A stretch of 41,938 nt of DNA from Chiloscyllium plagiosum (lineage: Eukaryota), in assembly GCF_004010195.1 (NCBI RefSeq), contig NC_057719.1:2694077-2736014 (forward strand), written 5' to 3'. Below the pieces are notes generated by a model. The model was not told where the DNA came from, ran no database searches, and saw nothing but the letters and a program-made list of their open reading frames with translations. Of the stretch, positions 24,545 to 37,264 are shown one piece after another; within the stretch, counting starts at the first letter, position 1; each line of letters starts with the position of its first letter. Made by a program: the position numbers and the translations under genes.

Positions 24545-25473
24545 CTAGTTTGGAAAAGACTATGAGCCCTGAGCTGATGCTTGTCGCAGAGTCATTTCTC
24601 GTCGATTTGTTTCAAATATCTAGAGATTTATAAGAACAAAAACCTCCAATGCTTGCAGTAAAGCTGGAAGTATCTCATTCTTCACTGAAGTCATTGCGAA
24701 CTTGATTAAGTTTCCATTTCTCATTGAGTATATTTAAAACAGAGAGAGATAGGTTTTTGATTGTAAAGGGGATCAAGGGTTATGGGGAGAAAGCGGGAGA
24801 ATGGCATTGAAAAAACGTATTAGCCATGATTGAATGGTGGAGCGGACTCAATAGGCTGAATGGCCTAATTTCTGCTACAATGTCTTATGGTCTAATCTCA
24901 GTGCTTTGACTACCCTCAGAAGCTGAACTCTGATAAGACGTGGAATAAATGTGATTTCCACTGGATCTGGATCTTCCAGTCTTTGGCTTTCAGCAATTCA
25001 ATTTTGTCAATAAGAAACCCAGTTGAAAGTGAGTATTTGTCAAATTCTAATTGGTCAATAAGGACTTCTTTTGCTCTTTTCAAAATATCATCTCTGCAGA
25101 GTCTTTATTGCCATTTCTGGTTGTGTTTGTGTTGGGATTAGAAAATGAAGAAGTTCTAATTCAGAAGGATAGCTAGGATTTTAATTAATTTTGCCACTTG
25201 CTTTTAGAAATGAGTTCTGTTTTACAATAAGCTGATTACTTGGGCTCACTAAAGAAGTCCCTTTCTGCATAGCACAAAATCGACAAAATAATTGGACATT
25301 TTGCTAATCAATTCAGAATATTTACGTAAATGATTTGATTTATGGAGTAGTGGGACATAATTCCCAGCACTTCCTCCTATCAGTCTTAACAGTAAGCAAA
25401 TAATTAACTGCTGGTATAAGAATACTCTTTGCATTTACTGGCCTTGACATTAGTAGTAACAAATGGCATGAAT
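24545..25473 (-). pseudogene. Large decayed coding-like segment split by a CR1 fragment
   Basis: Acceptor aatttccag; protein-like pieces in shifting frames with stops; identity unknown. Confidence 0.35.
24735..24893 (+). mobile_element. Short CR1 3' fragment
   Basis: GGGATCAAGGGTTATGGGGAGAA..TCTTATGGTCT. Confidence 0.8.
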
Positions 25474-25659
25474 CTGGAAATTTACACCAAAGAAGTAGGA
25501 TGTTACAACAATTAATTAAGGTTGAACAGTAAGAGACGTGAGCACAGAAAAATTGTTATTTTATTTGCATATTTCTATTGTAAGTTATTGAACGTGTTAA
25601 CATGAATAAACTTGGATTCCAAAAGGTCTGCATAATTTAGACTTGTCTTTCAGGGCTTG

Positions 25660-27480
25660 AGAATTGCTGCTTTGATGAAAGATTGGATAACTGGTATTGC
25701 TAGAAGAGATGAGACTGAGGAATGATTTGTTTGAGGTGAACTGGATAATGAGAAGCTTAGATAGTGTACGAGACAGACCTGTTCCTCTACCAGAAAAGAT
25801 ACATATCAGGTTTAAGGTGCTTGTAGAAGGATTAGAGTATCACAAAGAAAACTTTTCACTTTCCGACAATGTGAAAATTGCCCAGGTATGTCCTGTACAC
25901 ACAAAAAAAGGTCTAACTCAACCTGGCCAATTACTGCCCAATCTACTCTCCATCATCAGTAAAGTGATGAACGGTGTCATCAACAATGCTATCAAGCAGC
26001 ATCTGCTCAGCAACAACATACTCAATGACACCCAACTTTGGTTTCGCCGGGGTCATTCAGCTCCTGATCTCATTATAGCCTTGGTTCAAACAAAAGAGCT
26101 GAATTCCAGAGGTGAGGTGAGGATGACAGCCCATGACATCAAGACCGCATTTGACCAAGTATGGCAATCAAGGAGCCCTGGCAAAACTGGAATCAATGGA
26201 TATTAGGGGGCAAACACTCTGCTGGTTAAAGTCATACCCGGCACATAGGAAGATGGTTGTGGTTGTGGAGGGTCAGTCACCTCAGCTTTAGTCATCCCTG
26301 CAGGAGTTCCTCAGGGTAGTGTCTTAGGCCCAACAATCTTCCATTGCTTCGTCAATGACCTTCTCTCCGTCATAAGGTCAGTATTGGGATGTTCACTGAT
26401 GATTGCATAGTGTTCAGCACCATTCGCGACTCCTCAGATACTGAAGCAGTCCGTGCTCAAGTGCGACAAGATCTGGAAAATATCGAGGCTTGGGTCGACT
26501 AGTGGCAAGTAACATTCGCACCACACAAATGCCAGACAATGACCTCACCAATAAGAAACACTCTAACCACCAGCCCTAAACATTCAACAGTATTACCATC
26601 ACTGCATTCCCCCACTGTCAACATCCTTGGGGTTACCAGTGACCAGAAACTCAACTGGACATACCACATAAAACACAGTGGCTACAACAGCAGGTCAGAG
26701 ACTGCAGATATTACAGCGAGTAACTCACCTCTTGACACCCTAAATTCTATCCACCACCTGCAAAGCACAAGTCAGGAGTGTGATGGAATAATCTTCACTT
26801 ACCTGGATGGGTGCCACTCCAAAAACACTCAAGAAGCGTGATGCCATTCAGGTAGCTTGGTAGGCACCATATCTCCAAACATTCAATCCCTCCACCACCG
26901 ACACTGAGTAGCAGCAGTGTGTACTATCTACAAGAGGCACTGCAGAAATTCACCAGAGATCCTTAGACAGCACCTTCCAAACCCATGACCACTTCAATCT
27001 AGAAGGACAACAGGTACATCTGAAAATTACCCTCCAAGCGACTCCCCATCCTGACTTGAAATATATCGCCATTCCTTCAGTCGTTGGGTCAACGTCCTGG
27101 AATACCCTCCCTACGAGCATTGTGGGTCAACACACAGCAAGTGGATTGCAGTGATTCACAAAGGCAGTTCATCACCACCTTCTCAAGGATAAATAGGGAT
27201 GGGCTATCAATGCTGGCCAGCCGGCAATACCCAAGATCTAAAAATGAGTAAACAAAACTCGGAGCGTAGTGAGTGTCTGGCAGTGACTGCCTAATTTAAT
27301 GGCAGAGGCAAATAACTTCAACTAACGAAAGAGGAAACTGGTCCTGTACCTGAAGCGATCCAAGGTGCAAGGCTATGGGCCAGGTCCTGGAAATAACAAA
27401 TAGGATTAAAATGCATGGCTATTTTCGTCAGCTGGTGTAAACATGATGGGCTGAATGGTTTCTTTATATGTTTTAACTTT
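25660..27480 (+). mobile_element. Old CR1 3' fragment containing a CR1-group LINE (about 25860-27255)
   Basis: [29 protein letters not shown]; outer copy resumes at about 27258. Confidence 0.8.
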
Positions 27481-27670
27481 CCTGTCATTTCTACAATTAT
27501 TGCTCCAGAAGTTTGTACCAGGAGTTATACAAGTGTCGTTAAAATTTGTAAATTGATAACTTTCTCTTCGAGATTATTAAAACACCTATCTTGATACCAA
27601 TTAAGACCATGGAAGTGAAGATAAGCAAATAAAGTGCAACAGACCACCACCTCTTATTTCCCTACCTCAC

Positions 27671-27692
27671 CTTGACCTTTTGATGAGATCAT
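27671..27692 (-). other. Candidate microexon (22 bp)
   Basis: tttcttgacttttag acceptor, AAG|GTGAGG donor. Confidence 0.3.
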
Positions 27693-28319
27693 CTAAAAGT
27701 CAAGAAATGATTTATATCAGATAGAATGTAACATGATATTGAGACATCATTGGAAATGTGCAGGAGTTATTTGAAACATGTGAAACGAGTCACTTGTGAA
27801 AGCTACTGAAGAATAAGTCTCAAGACACTTTCAGCTGGCTGACAATGGAACAACTGGAAATGGTTAATGTGACCAGGAGAGTGACAGAACATTTAAGTTA
27901 GCAAGACATTGACACGTGCTCCATGGAAAAACTGATGTCATAATAAGTAAGATCAATTACACTTGTAATGATCAGTGGGCATCAAATTAAAGTTCAGAGT
28001 TCCAGTTGAAAGGTTAAGAAAGTAATACTTTTCAAGAATTGTTTATGTAAAATATACAGATAAAGAAAGGGCTGGAGAATGGTTTAAGTACATGCCTTTC
28101 CTGCTAATTAAATGTTATTAAATGAGGCAACTGTAGAGAGCGCCATTACAGGTGGGGTTGACACTCATAAGTATATGAGAACCTAGAAACACTAGTCTTT
28201 GTATTCATTTGGAACCCAACTCATTATTTGTATTTTACAAATCACTACATGGGGTGAAAACAGGATCCAATCAACTTTATCATCAAATGGGAACTTGCCA
28301 CTGTCTTGAAATTTTGACA

Positions 28320-28938
28320 GGAACAATGTGTAAGTAGACAGGATTGAAGTTCACGAGGAGGAGGTATTAGCAATTCTGGAAAGTGTAAAAATAGATAGGT
28401 CCCTGGGGCAGGATGGGATTTATCCTAGGACTCCTTGGGAAGCCAGGGAGGAGATTGCAGAGCCTTTGACTTTGATCTTTATGTTGTGATTGTCTACAGG
28501 AATAGTGCCAGAAAACTGGTAGGATGTTGCCTGGTATGGAGGAAAAGTTTTACGAGGAAAGGCTGAGGGACTTGAAACTGTTTTCGTTAGAGAGAAGGTT
28601 GATAAATGACTTAATTGAGATATATAAGATAATTAGATGGTTATATAGGGTGGACAGTGAGAGCCTTTTTGCTCAGATGGTGATGGCTGGCATGAGGGAA
28701 CATAGCTTTAAATTGAAGGGTGAGGGAGATAGGACAAATGTCAGAGATAGTAGGGCCATGGAATGCACCGCCTGCTACAGTAGTAGACTCCACAACTTTA
28801 AGGGCATTTTAATGGTCATTGGATAAACATATGGATGAAAATGGAATAGTGTAGGATAGATAGGCTTCAGATTGGTTCCACAGGTTGGCGAAACATCGAG
28901 GGCCAAAGGGTCTGTATTGTGCTGTAATGTTCTATGTT
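28320..28938 (+). mobile_element. Internally deleted CR1
   Basis: Pre-RT region (G.DGIYPR.L.EAREEIAEPL) joined at about 28520 to RMLPGME; ATGTTCT tail. Confidence 0.85.
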
Positions 28939-29279
28939 AAGTCTGGAGGCCTGTTTGCCTATATGCATTTAAATGGGGTTTTGCGGTCCTTGAAATGAAA
29001 ACATGGGAGTTTAATGTAAAAAAGAGCTGTGGAGAAAAAAGTTAGCAACAGGAGGTCCAGGGACACACAGAGACCGAGCATTCCAGAGGGGAGTCAGTCG
29101 TTTGTGTATGCCAGAGAAAGAAATCCAGCATAACTATAAGAAACAGAGTTTAGGGGACTCATGTTTGCTCTGAAGTGTCACAAATCAGAGGGTAATATGT
29201 CGGAAATTAAGATCCTCCTATTCCTGGAGTCATCACAAACACAAAAGATTGTAAATACACAAAATTCCCCAAATTACTA

Positions 29280-32200
29280 GATTTTCAAATCCAAATTGAC
29301 AGAAATCACCTTCAACAACGATTCTCTTTCTGGATCCTCCGCTCCACGCTATCAGCCATGCGCTGCCATCGACTCTACCTGCAGTCAGTCCTGCCCCAGG
29401 TTAGAGCCTCACTTTCCTCGACCTGCAGCGGACCTCTGCATTTCTACATCCTCAGAAGGATACATGCGCTCAACAAATGGTATTTCCCTACTGCATCGGA
29501 CATAAAAGAATGTAAGTTAAACAAACTTTCATGTACTTCCCTCCATAAACGGGTTTGCTTGAACCTTCCAAAACCTTCCCCCGGCCTCTGGAACCACCCA
29601 GACGTCATTAGCCATGCGGCCGCTCCTGCCACAAACACTAGGGTGATCGATGATGTCACCTCCATCCCCAACGCTGCCACACAGCCCACAGCCACTGTTG
29701 ACCACACTACCTCTGAGATCGCCATCCACCCAACCACCTCAGCGACTGCCGAGAAGACTACTGGCGCAGGATCCTCTGGCGCCGCGAGATTCACCAGCAC
29801 AGACGCAATACCTACCCCTGCAGTTGCTGCCAAGGCAGCCACTTCCACCCCGCTGGAAGGTTCTATCGTCGACGTCACTTCCGCCACCAGTGATATCTGC
29901 AGCCGAGTACCCAACAATAACGTTAACCTCGCCACCCATGGCGCCACATTCACCCCCGTTAACACAGCCATAAGCACTACTTCCACCCTCTTTGTGAGCG
30001 TACTTCCTTTGGTGACATTGCTACTGACCCTATAACCATGCCACTCAAGCAACTGTCTCCACCCCCACCTCAAGCACCAGCCCCACTCCAGGTCCTAGCT
30101 CCCAACCCTGCCGTGTCTTCATCATTTACCCAGACCTCCCCGTCTGTGAGGATGAACGTTTAGTCCTCAGTAAAGGCCTCACCTTTACTCCTCTATGGTC
30201 CCAGATTAATGAGTTCGACACATGCTGCAACCTTGAACATTTCTTCCACTGCCTCTGCCTCCGTGCCTACTTTTTCAACCAAGACACCCACCCACCAAGG
30301 ACCCCTTCTCCCACCTCCAACACACCCCATCCAACATAACACTTCATGCCAGCCTCAACTTGTCCAACCGCCTCATCCACTCAAACCTCTCGCCCTCACA
30401 GTGCGCAGCCTTTCACTCCCTCCGCTGCAACCCCAACCTCACCATCAAACCTGCAGACAAGGGGAAGCAGTAGTAGTGTGGCGCACTGACCTCTATACCA
30501 CTGAAGCCTGGCGCCAACTCGCAGACACCTCCTCCTACTGCCCCCCTTGATCACAACCTCACCTCCCACCAGCAAACCATCATCTTCCAGGCCATGCACA
30601 ACCTCATCACTTCTGGGGATCTCCCATCCATAGCCTCCAATCTCATTGTCCGTGAACCCTGCACTGCCCTATTCTACCTCCTTCCTAAGATGTGCAAACC
30701 TGACTGTCCCAGTCGACCAATTGTCTCAGCCTGCGCCTATCCCACTGAACTCTTCTCTACCTACCTCGAAACTGTTCTATCCCCCTTAGTCCAAGAATGC
30801 CCCACCTTCATTCGTGACACCACCCATCTCCTCCACCTTCTCCAAGATTTTTTTTTTCGCTGGCCCCCCAACACCTCATCTTCACCATGGACATCCAGTC
30901 CCTGTACACTTCGATCAGCCACGACAAAGGTCTTCCTCTCACGCTGTCCCAACCTTCCACCCTTCCACCGACACCCTCATCCGCCTGGCTTAACTGATCC
31001 TCACCCTCAACAACGTCTCCTTCCAATACTCCCACTTCTTTCAAACTATGGGCACCCGCATGGGACCCAGCTATGCCTGCCTGTTTTTCGGGTATGTGGC
31101 ACAGTCCATCTTCCGCAGTTACAGTGGCAGCACCCCCCACCTATTCCTCTGCTACATCGATGAATGTATCGGTTCTGCCTCATGCTCCCACAAGGAGGTT
31201 GAACAGTTCATCAACTTTACAACATCTTCCACCCTGACCTCAAATTCACCTGGACCATCTCGGACACCTCCCTCCCCTTCCTGGAACTCTCAATCACCGT
31301 CTCTGGCAACCAACTAACCACAGATATATACTATAAGCCCACCAACTACCACAGCTACCTCGACTACACCTCCCACCCTACCTCCTGTAAAAGCTCTTAT
31401 TCCCAATTCCTCTGCCTCCACCACATGTTCCCAGGATGATCATTCCGTCTTAAAAAATCCCAGATGTCCTCCTTCTTTCCCACGATCACAGCTTCCCTTC
31501 CCATGTGGTTCCCTGCGCATTTCCTCCACTTCATCACCACCGCTCTTGAACCTCACCCCTTCCAAAGCAACAAGGACAGAACCCCCTCCCGGTCCTCACA
31601 TTCCACTCCACCAACCTCCGCATCCATCGCATCATCCTCTGTCACTTCCGCCACCTCCAAACAGACCCGACAACCAGATATATTTCGCTCCCCACCCCTA
31701 TCAGCGTTCTGAAAAGACCATTCCCTCCGCGACTCCCTTGTCCGGTCCACACCCCCCGCGAGCCCACACCCCACTCCTGGCACCTTTCCCTGCCACTGCA
31801 GGAAGTGCAAAACCTGCACACACACCACTCTCCTCACCTCCATGCAAAGGCCTAAGGGATCCTTCCACATCCGTCAGAAATTCACCTGTACCTCTACCAA
31901 TGTCATATATTGCATCCATTGGTGCGGTCTCCTCTACACTGGGGAGACAGGATGCCTTCTTGCGGATCGTTTCAGAGAACATTTCTGGGACACCCGCACC
32001 CACCAAGCCCACCTCCCCATGGCTGAACACTTCAACTCCTCCTCCCACCCCACTGAGGACATGGGTGCTCGGCATCTTCAATTGCCAAATCATTACCACC
32101 TGATGCCTGGAGGAAGAACGCCTCATATTCCGCCTTGGGACCCTGCAACCACACAGGATAAATGTAGATTTCAACAGCTTCCTCATTCCCACCCTTCCCC

Positions 32201-33712
32201 CACTCCCCCGCCCCCCCTACCGCAAACATTATTCCAGTCCCAAGCCTCCAACTTGGCACTGCCCTCCGGAGGAGAAAGTGAGGTCTGCAGATGCTGGAGA
32301 AAGGATATGTGGAACAGTCCATCTTCTGCAACTACACTGGCCCCACCCACCACCTTTTCCTCCGCTACATCAATGACTGTATCGGCACCGCCTCGTGCTC
32401 CCACGAGGAGGTTGAACAGTTCATCCACTTCACCAACACCTTCCACCCCGACCTCAAATTCACCTGGACAGTCTCAGATTCCTCCCTCCCCTTCCTCGAC
32501 CTTTCTATTTCTATCTCAGGCGACCGAATCAACACGGACATCTACTACAAACCAACCGACTCCCACAGCTACCTGGACTACACCACCTCCCATCCTGCCC
32601 CCTGTAAAAACACCATCCCATTCTCCCAATTCCTTCGACTCCGCCACATCTGCTCCCAGGAGGACCAGTTCAAAATACGCACAACACAGACGGCCTCCTT
32701 CTTCAAGGACCGCAATTTCCCCCCCAACGTGGTCGACGATGCCCTCCACCGCATCTCTCCCACTTCCCGNNNNNNNNNNNNNNNNNNNNNNNNNNNNNNN
32801 NNNNNNNNNNNNNNNNNNNNNNNNNNNNNNNNNNNNNNNNNNNNNNNNNNNNNNNNNNNNNNNNNNNNNNNNNNNNNNNNNNNNNNNNNNNNNNNNNNNN
32901 NNNNNNNNNNNNNNNNNNNNNNNNNNNNNNNNNNNNNNNNNNNNNNNNNNNNNNNNNNNNNNNNNNNNNNNNNNNNNNNNNNNNNNNNNNNNNNNNNNNN
33001 NNNNNNNNNNNNNNNNNNNNNNNNNNNNNNNNNNNNNNNNNNNNNNNNNNNNNNNNNNNNNNNNNNNNNNNNNNNNNNNNNNNNNNNNNNNNNNNNNNNN
33101 NNNNNNNNNNNNNNNNNNNNNNNNNNNNNNNNNNNNNNNNNNNNNNNNNNNNNNNNNNNNNNNNNNNNNNNNNNNNNNNNNNNNNNNNNNNNNNNNNNNN
33201 NNNNNNNNNNNNNNNNNNNNNNNNNNNNNNNNNNNNNNNNNNNNNNNNNNNNNNNNNNNNNNNNNNNNNNNNNNNNNNNNNNNNNNNNNNNNNNNNNNNN
33301 NNNNNNNNNNNNNNNNNNNNNNNNNNNNNNNNNNNNNNNNNNNNNNNNNNNNNNNNNNNNNNNNNNNNNNNNNNNNNNNNNNNNNNNNNNNNNNNNNNNN
33401 NNNNTGAAGAAGTGCTTATGCCCGAAACGTCGATTCTCCTGTTCCCTGGATGCTGCCTGACCTGCTGCGCTTTTCCAGCAACACATTTACAGCACTGCCC
33501 TCCGGACCAGTCCATCACTCCCCCTCTGACCTATCACCTTCGTGCACCTATCGCTTTCCCAGCTACCTTCCCCCCAACCCTGCCCCCCTTTCCAGTTATT
33601 TCTCAGCCTCAACCCACAAGCCTCATTCAAGTTTATGCCCGAGACGTCAATTCTCCTACTCCGCGGATGCTGCCTGACCTGCTGTGTTTTTCCAGCACTA
33701 CATTCTCGATTC
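29280..33712 (+). mobile_element. Nearly full-length decayed Neptune-type Penelope-like element
   Basis: VLSKGLTF, KPADK, RT motifs, Cys linker FPCHCRKCKTC, FTCTSTNVIYCI..CGLLYTGET..RFREH; pLTR remnant to about 33712. Confidence 0.88.
32271..33491 (+). mobile_element. Younger Penelope-like copy nested in the older one
   Basis: TSD GCACTGCCCTCCGGA at 32256-32270 and 33492-33506; RT C-terminal half; gap. Confidence 0.85.
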
Positions 33713-34080
33713 TGACAGAAATCAAAGACCAGGTTTCTATACTTAACAAGAATTACAATTAAATTCAGACACTAACTACAAGTAAACAATTCTAAATCAA
33801 TGGCATATAACATTTTACATTAAAACTTGAATCTCCTTATAAACTTCCCCTTATGTGCAGACAACAGAAATGAAAATTAACTTACGGTCAAAGGAAAACT
33901 GGAAGGCAGTTCAGTGGTTGCTATTCATGAGTTGCTGACATTATCCTTCTGAATCATACGGATTCCCTACAGAGTGGAAGCACGCCATTCAGCCTTTCGA
34001 GTCTACACTGATCCTCCAAAGAGCATCCAACCCATCAATTAGACTCAGATAGCAACAGAGCTATGTGGGAACACCGTTGA

Positions 34081-34410
34081 GCGGGAAGGTGGCTTAGTGT
34101 TTAACATTGTTGCCTCACAGCCAGGAATCCGGATTTGATTCCAGCCTCAAGTGGAGTTTGCACTTTCTTCCTGTATCTGTGTGGGTTTCCTCTGGGTGCT
34201 CTGGTTTCCTCACACAGTACAGAGATGTGCAGGTTGGGTGGACTGGCCATGCTAAATTTCCCACAGTGTCTAGTGATATTGCAACATTGGTGGATTAACC
34301 ATGGGAAATGATGGGTTCCTAGGATAGGGTAGCGTGTGGGATGCTCTTCAAAGGGTTGGTGCGGATTTGATGGGTGGAATGGCCTGCTTACACACTGTTA
34401 GGATTCTATG
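34081..34410 (+). mobile_element. HE1-like SINE (a minus-strand SINE tail also lies at about 33950-34035)
   Basis: TGGCTTAGTG A box, GATTTGATTCC B box, body like 9311-9644. Confidence 0.8.
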
Positions 34411-34812
34411 GAATAGCAGCTAAGTCTCGAGGACTATACTTACTAGGACTCAGAAGGAGCACACATATCAGCCAGTCCGCACTGAGTTAGAAAAATTCAG
34501 TGTGACACCACAGACAATCATTGGGTTCACTCGCTTGTAAGGAAATGCCATGAGGGACTGTCTCTAAATAGCTGCAAACTAGAAAATCTGCATTAAGGGA
34601 TTAACTGAGAAACACCAGAGATAAGTGAAAATCAGGACAAAGTTGTATAAACAGCATGATGGAAGGACATTGAAGTAAGGGGAATAACTTTAAGATTAAA
34701 TTAAGAAAGTAAGTGAGTAAAGAACGTGAAATAAGTTGAACACATGGCATTTAACTTGGTCAAATGGAATTTGTGACCTGCAATATGTGGAATGTCATGT
34801 ACCCTACCAGTG

Positions 34813-35147
34813 TCATAGAATTCCTACAATGTGGAAGCAGACCATTTGGCCCATTGAGTCCACACCAACCCACCAAAGGGCATCCCAACCAGATCCACTG
34901 CCCTATCCCGTCCTTGTAACCCTGCATTTCCATCTAACCCACCTAGCCTGCACATGCTTGGACACTATGCGCAACTTAGCATGGCCAATGTATCCAACCT
35001 GCACAGTTTTGTATTGTGGGATGAAACCAGACCATCCATAGGAAACTCATGCAGACACAGGGAGGATGTGCAAACTTCGCACAGACAGTTGCCCGAGGAT
35101 GGAATCCCTGGCGCTGTAAGGCAGCAGTGCTAACCACTGTGCCACCA
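34813..35147 (-). mobile_element. HE1-like SINE
   Basis: TGGCACAGTGG A box and conserved body. Confidence 0.82.
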
Positions 35148-36470
35148 CTAAATGATAATTCGTGCACAAAGTGTTTCCAGCTTCAGAAACCTGAGCTGCA
35201 AGTTTCAGGGTGCTCAACATTCCAGGGTAGCGAAGTCTCAGCCACAATAGGTGGTGGGGGTTTGAGGGCATGTGACAGGGGCTCTAAGAGGTGGGGAATT
35301 GCTTTAATGATAAGGAAATCATAACTGCAGTCATGCAGGAAGATGTCTTGTAAGGCTCTTCTAATGAGGCCATCTGGGTAGAGCTTAGAAATAAAAATGT
35401 CAATTATTTTGCTGAGATTCTATGACATGCCTCCCAACAGTCAGAGGGAGATAGATGAGCAGATGTGAGGAAAACAAGGTTATACTTATAAGAGATTTTA
35501 ACTTTGGTAACATTAACTGAGATTGCCTTAGTGTGAAAAGATTAGACTTTGGATGGAATTTTTAAGTTGTAGCCAGGAGCTTTTGTGCCAGTATGTAGAA
35601 AGTCCTTCTAGAGATGGAGCAGTGTTAAATTTATTCCTAGGGAATGAAGCTGGTTGGAGTTTCAGTGGGTAAGAGTTTTGGGGATAGTGATCATAATTCT
35701 GTACACTTCAAAGTAATTCTGAAGAGGGATAAGGATAGTGCAGAAGTGTCTAAATTGGGGGAAGGCAATTTCAACAACATTAAATAAGACCTGGTAAACA
35801 TATACTGGGAGCAGCTACTTGTAGACAGATTTAGATTTGCAAGTGGGAATCTTTTAAAGGTAATATTGTAAGAATTAGGGTCAGTGTGTTCTTCCAAGAA
35901 TGGCAAGGTCAGCAAGTTCGGGGAAACCTAGATGTCAAGGAATATTGAGAGCTTGATAAAGAAAAAGGACGCATATGGCAGGTATAGTGCATTAAAAACA
36001 GAGGAGTTCTTTCAAAGTACAGACTGTAAGGGGTTACTCAAAAAAGAAATTGGGAGACCATAGAGGGGTCACAAAATATCAATGGCAGATAGGTTCGAGA
36101 AAAACCTCAAGGCTTTTTATAAGTATATTAAGAGTAAGAAGATTACCAGGGAAAGAATGGGACCTATTAGAGTGACAACTTGTACATGGAACCAGAGGAT
36201 GTGGGTGAGGTCTTAAATGAATACTTCTCATTATGCATTCACAGAGAAGAAAGACATTGTAACAGGCGATTTCAGTTGAGATGGCTAGTACATGTTAAGA
36301 TGAATAAAGGGGAGATATTAAGTGTTTTAGCAGGCCGAAACGTGCATATATCCCCATGGTCTGATGAGATGTATCGCAGGGTGCTATGGGAGGCAAAGAC
36401 GGAGACTACTGGGGCTCTGGCAGTGATATTTAATATTTCACTGACCACAGGTGAAGTGCCAGAAGGCTGA

Positions 36471-36572
36471 AATTGAGAGTGTGGTGCTGGAAAAGCACAG
36501 CAGGTCAGGCAGCATCTGAGGAGCAGGAGAATCGACGTTTCTGGCATAAGCCCTTTATCAGGAATGAATCAA
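36471..36572 (-). mobile_element. pLTR-only insertion with mutated hammerhead
   Basis: Minus strand CUGAUAA..GAAACGUC; imperfect TSD CAGAAGGCTGA / CAGATGACTGA. Confidence 0.75.
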
Positions 36573-36646
36573 CAGATGACTGAAGGAAAGCTAAGGTGGT
36601 TCCTTTGTTTAAGAAGAGCAGTAGGATAGTCAAGTTAGTCTGACGT

Positions 36647-37264
36647 ACAACGATGCTGCTCCTTTAACAAGGATAGGTTGTCCTTGTTTTTTTTTCAGAG
36701 GGGTTGCAAATGGATATATTTTAAAATGTCCGGGTTTGTCTACTTGAAGAAACTTTTAAGTTTATAAACAAACAGACGTATAATGAAAGGGGAGTGGCCA
36801 GTTCTTCCAGCTCAGCATCCTGGATTGGTTTGGTTTTTAGCAATCGAACTATTCAGGGCTGGTCAGTTGTGAGCTAGGAATCCAAAAGAAACAGCTACAT
36901 GGAAGAAGGTGCTCTATGCTGAATCTCTCTGCCATCTCTCTCTCCTGTAAGACCCTGCGTTTGATTTTACCTTTTATGCCAAGGGAGTTTGGGGACTGTT
37001 GCAGGAATTTGGAACAACATGATTAAGTTTGCAAAGTCTGTTGGGTTTTCGGATTGGTTAAGTTATTTTGTATTCTATTCTGTATTGTTTGTGTTTCATT
37101 CAGAACTCTGTAATTAAGTTCTGTTTTGTTTAAAACCGGGGGGTTTTCACCAGCTACATCACTCCTGGAATATCCATTATATACTTGCTCAAAACAACTT
37201 GTAAAGTTAAGAGTCTGGGCAATCTTCTTGAAATGTTTGGAGAGGTCTGGCCTGGTCCATAACA
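36647..37264 (+). repeat. 5' LTR of Gypsy element
   Basis: Ends CATAACA, followed by a PBS-like remnant and gag; left end approximate. Confidence 0.65.

Larger units (their letters stand above)
34560..36646 (+). mobile_element. Old CR1 (ORF1 remnant, endonuclease, RT start) with SINE and pLTR inserts
   Basis: GDSDHNS, KAFYKYIKSK, GEVLNEYF, PLFKK, VSLT. Confidence 0.75.

Noticed and set aside
28940..29280. Possible LTR remnant flanking the large Penelope element (also 33713-33950)
   Set aside because: No clear termini or TSD found
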